A stretch of DNA of 14,760 nucleotides, taken from the NCBI GenBank assembly GCA_949065595.1, contig CARSXK010000007.1, positions 1,769 to 16,528 on the forward strand, given 5' to 3'. The stretch comes from an uncultured Bacilli bacterium. GTDB lineage: Bacteria; Bacillota_I; Bacilli_A; RF39; UBA660. This document shows, one piece after another, positions 14,176 to 14,760 of this stretch (positions are counted from its first letter, which is position 1; each line of letters opens with the position of its first letter). A program made the position numbers and the translations under genes. Below the pieces are notes generated by a model. The model was not told where the DNA came from. It was given only the letters and a program-made list of their open reading frames with translations, and made no database searches.

Positions 14176-14256
14176 ACCAGATTGTCGCATGATATTGCTC
14201 TATACCATTGCTAATCATTTCATGTTTAATAAAGTTTCATTCTGATAAAACATTTT
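14176..14256 (+). repeat. Possible degenerate third module copy (C)
   Basis: ACCAGATTG (14176-14184) matches 9 of 16 core positions. TTTAATAAAGTTTCATTCTGATAAAACATTTT (14225-14256) aligns loosely with the promoter-like half of copies A and B. Like copy B, it begins about 30 nt after the preceding stop codon (14145). Confidence 0.35.
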
Positions 14257-14412
14257 CAAATAATCTCTTAAAAAAAAAGATATTTAAATAGATACCAAAA
14301 ATTTTATATAAAAAATACAATCTTTTTTGAAAATTAATTAATCCAAATACGAAACGCATTGCATTGTAGTTCATATCTCAAATAAAATAATTTATCATAG
14401 GAGGAAACAATA

Positions 14413-14760
14413 ATGGCTTATATTCTATTTCATATTCCACATGCATCTTTAAAGATTCCAAAACAATATTGGAGTATCTGTATAAAAAATAAAGATTATA
14501 TCAAAAAAACAAATCAATTTTAAGTGACTTCTTAACAGATAAATTGGTTCCCTATCGATGTCACAAATTGGTATTTCCATACTCTAGAATTTTTTGTGAT
14601 GTTGAAAAATTTAAAATAAGATTCAGAAGAAACCATGTCCAAAAAAGGAATGGGTGCAATTTATACAAATGATTGTGATTATGTAATTGCTACTCCAACC
14701 AAAAAATATAAAAAGAAAGTATTACAATCCTATTATGATACCCATCATAATAAATTAGAT
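14413..14760 (+). pseudogene. N-formylglutamate amidohydrolase family (PF05013-like) gene interrupted by two frameshifts; continues past the window
   Basis: The RBS is AGGAGG. Frame 1 reads MAYILFHIPHASLKIP...DYIKKTNQF, with a stop at 14521. Homology continues in another frame (SDFLTDKLVPYRCHKLVFPYSRIFCDVEKFK). It returns to the original frame after 14620 (DSEETMSKKGMGAIYTND...YYDTHHNKLD). HxPHxS, SRxxxDxE(K/R) and E.M..GMG are the family landmarks as I recall them. A TTGCAT-18-TAAAAT promoter is at 14359-14388. Confidence 0.7.

Larger units (their letters stand above)
11351..14184 (+). mobile_element. Putative tandem integrase-less genomic islets inserted at the 3' end of tRNA-Thr
   Basis: The region is bounded and subdivided by the repeated tRNA-3'-end modules (copies A, B and a degenerate C). 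Its content is accessory-type (KilA-N, ADP-ribosylglycohydrolase) and includes two decayed genes. No recombinase is visible in the window. Confidence 0.4.

Noticed and set aside
11351-14760. Search for an integrase, transposase, excisionase or terminal inverted repeats within the accessory region
   Set aside because: No ORF in any frame shows recombinase-like motifs, and no IS-type inverted repeats were seen. The mobile-element interpretation therefore rests only on the repeated tRNA-end modules and the gene content.

Overview
A 14.76 kb chromosomal segment from a low-GC Gram-positive bacterium (Bacillota; AT-rich codon usage, strong GGAGG ribosome-binding sites, Cheo-type SOS boxes). Positions 1-11160 are a mostly minus-strand housekeeping block. 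It holds a collagen-like Gly-X-Y repeat protein (runs off the left edge), a 50-aa small protein, RecD2 helicase, a membrane-anchored hypothetical protein, an active/inactive M16 peptidase pair and DeoD purine nucleoside phosphorylase. It continues with a DUF1016 N-terminal-domain-only ORF, plus-strand lexA, a lipoprotein, QueH and a PF06541-type membrane protein. A tRNA-Thr(GGU) at 11277-11350 marks a change of character, and everything to its right looks accessory. That region holds a KilA-N protein, a PP-loop ATPase remnant, a DUF523/TudS-like Cys protein, an ADP-ribosylglycohydrolase and a frameshifted N-formylglutamate-amidohydrolase-family gene. It is divided by two clear copies, plus one degenerate copy, of a module made of the tRNA 3' end, a hairpin and a promoter-like stretch. 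The two observations I rate highest are below. (1) This tRNA-anchored tandem cassette array has no integrase in the window. (2) An unannotated 44-aa membrane ORF is transcribed divergently from lexA, from a canonical promoter with a LexA box in its spacer; it is a candidate SOS-induced division inhibitor or toxin. A similar LexA-like box sits in the recD2 promoter spacer. All functional calls come from reading translated motifs by eye; no database search was possible.
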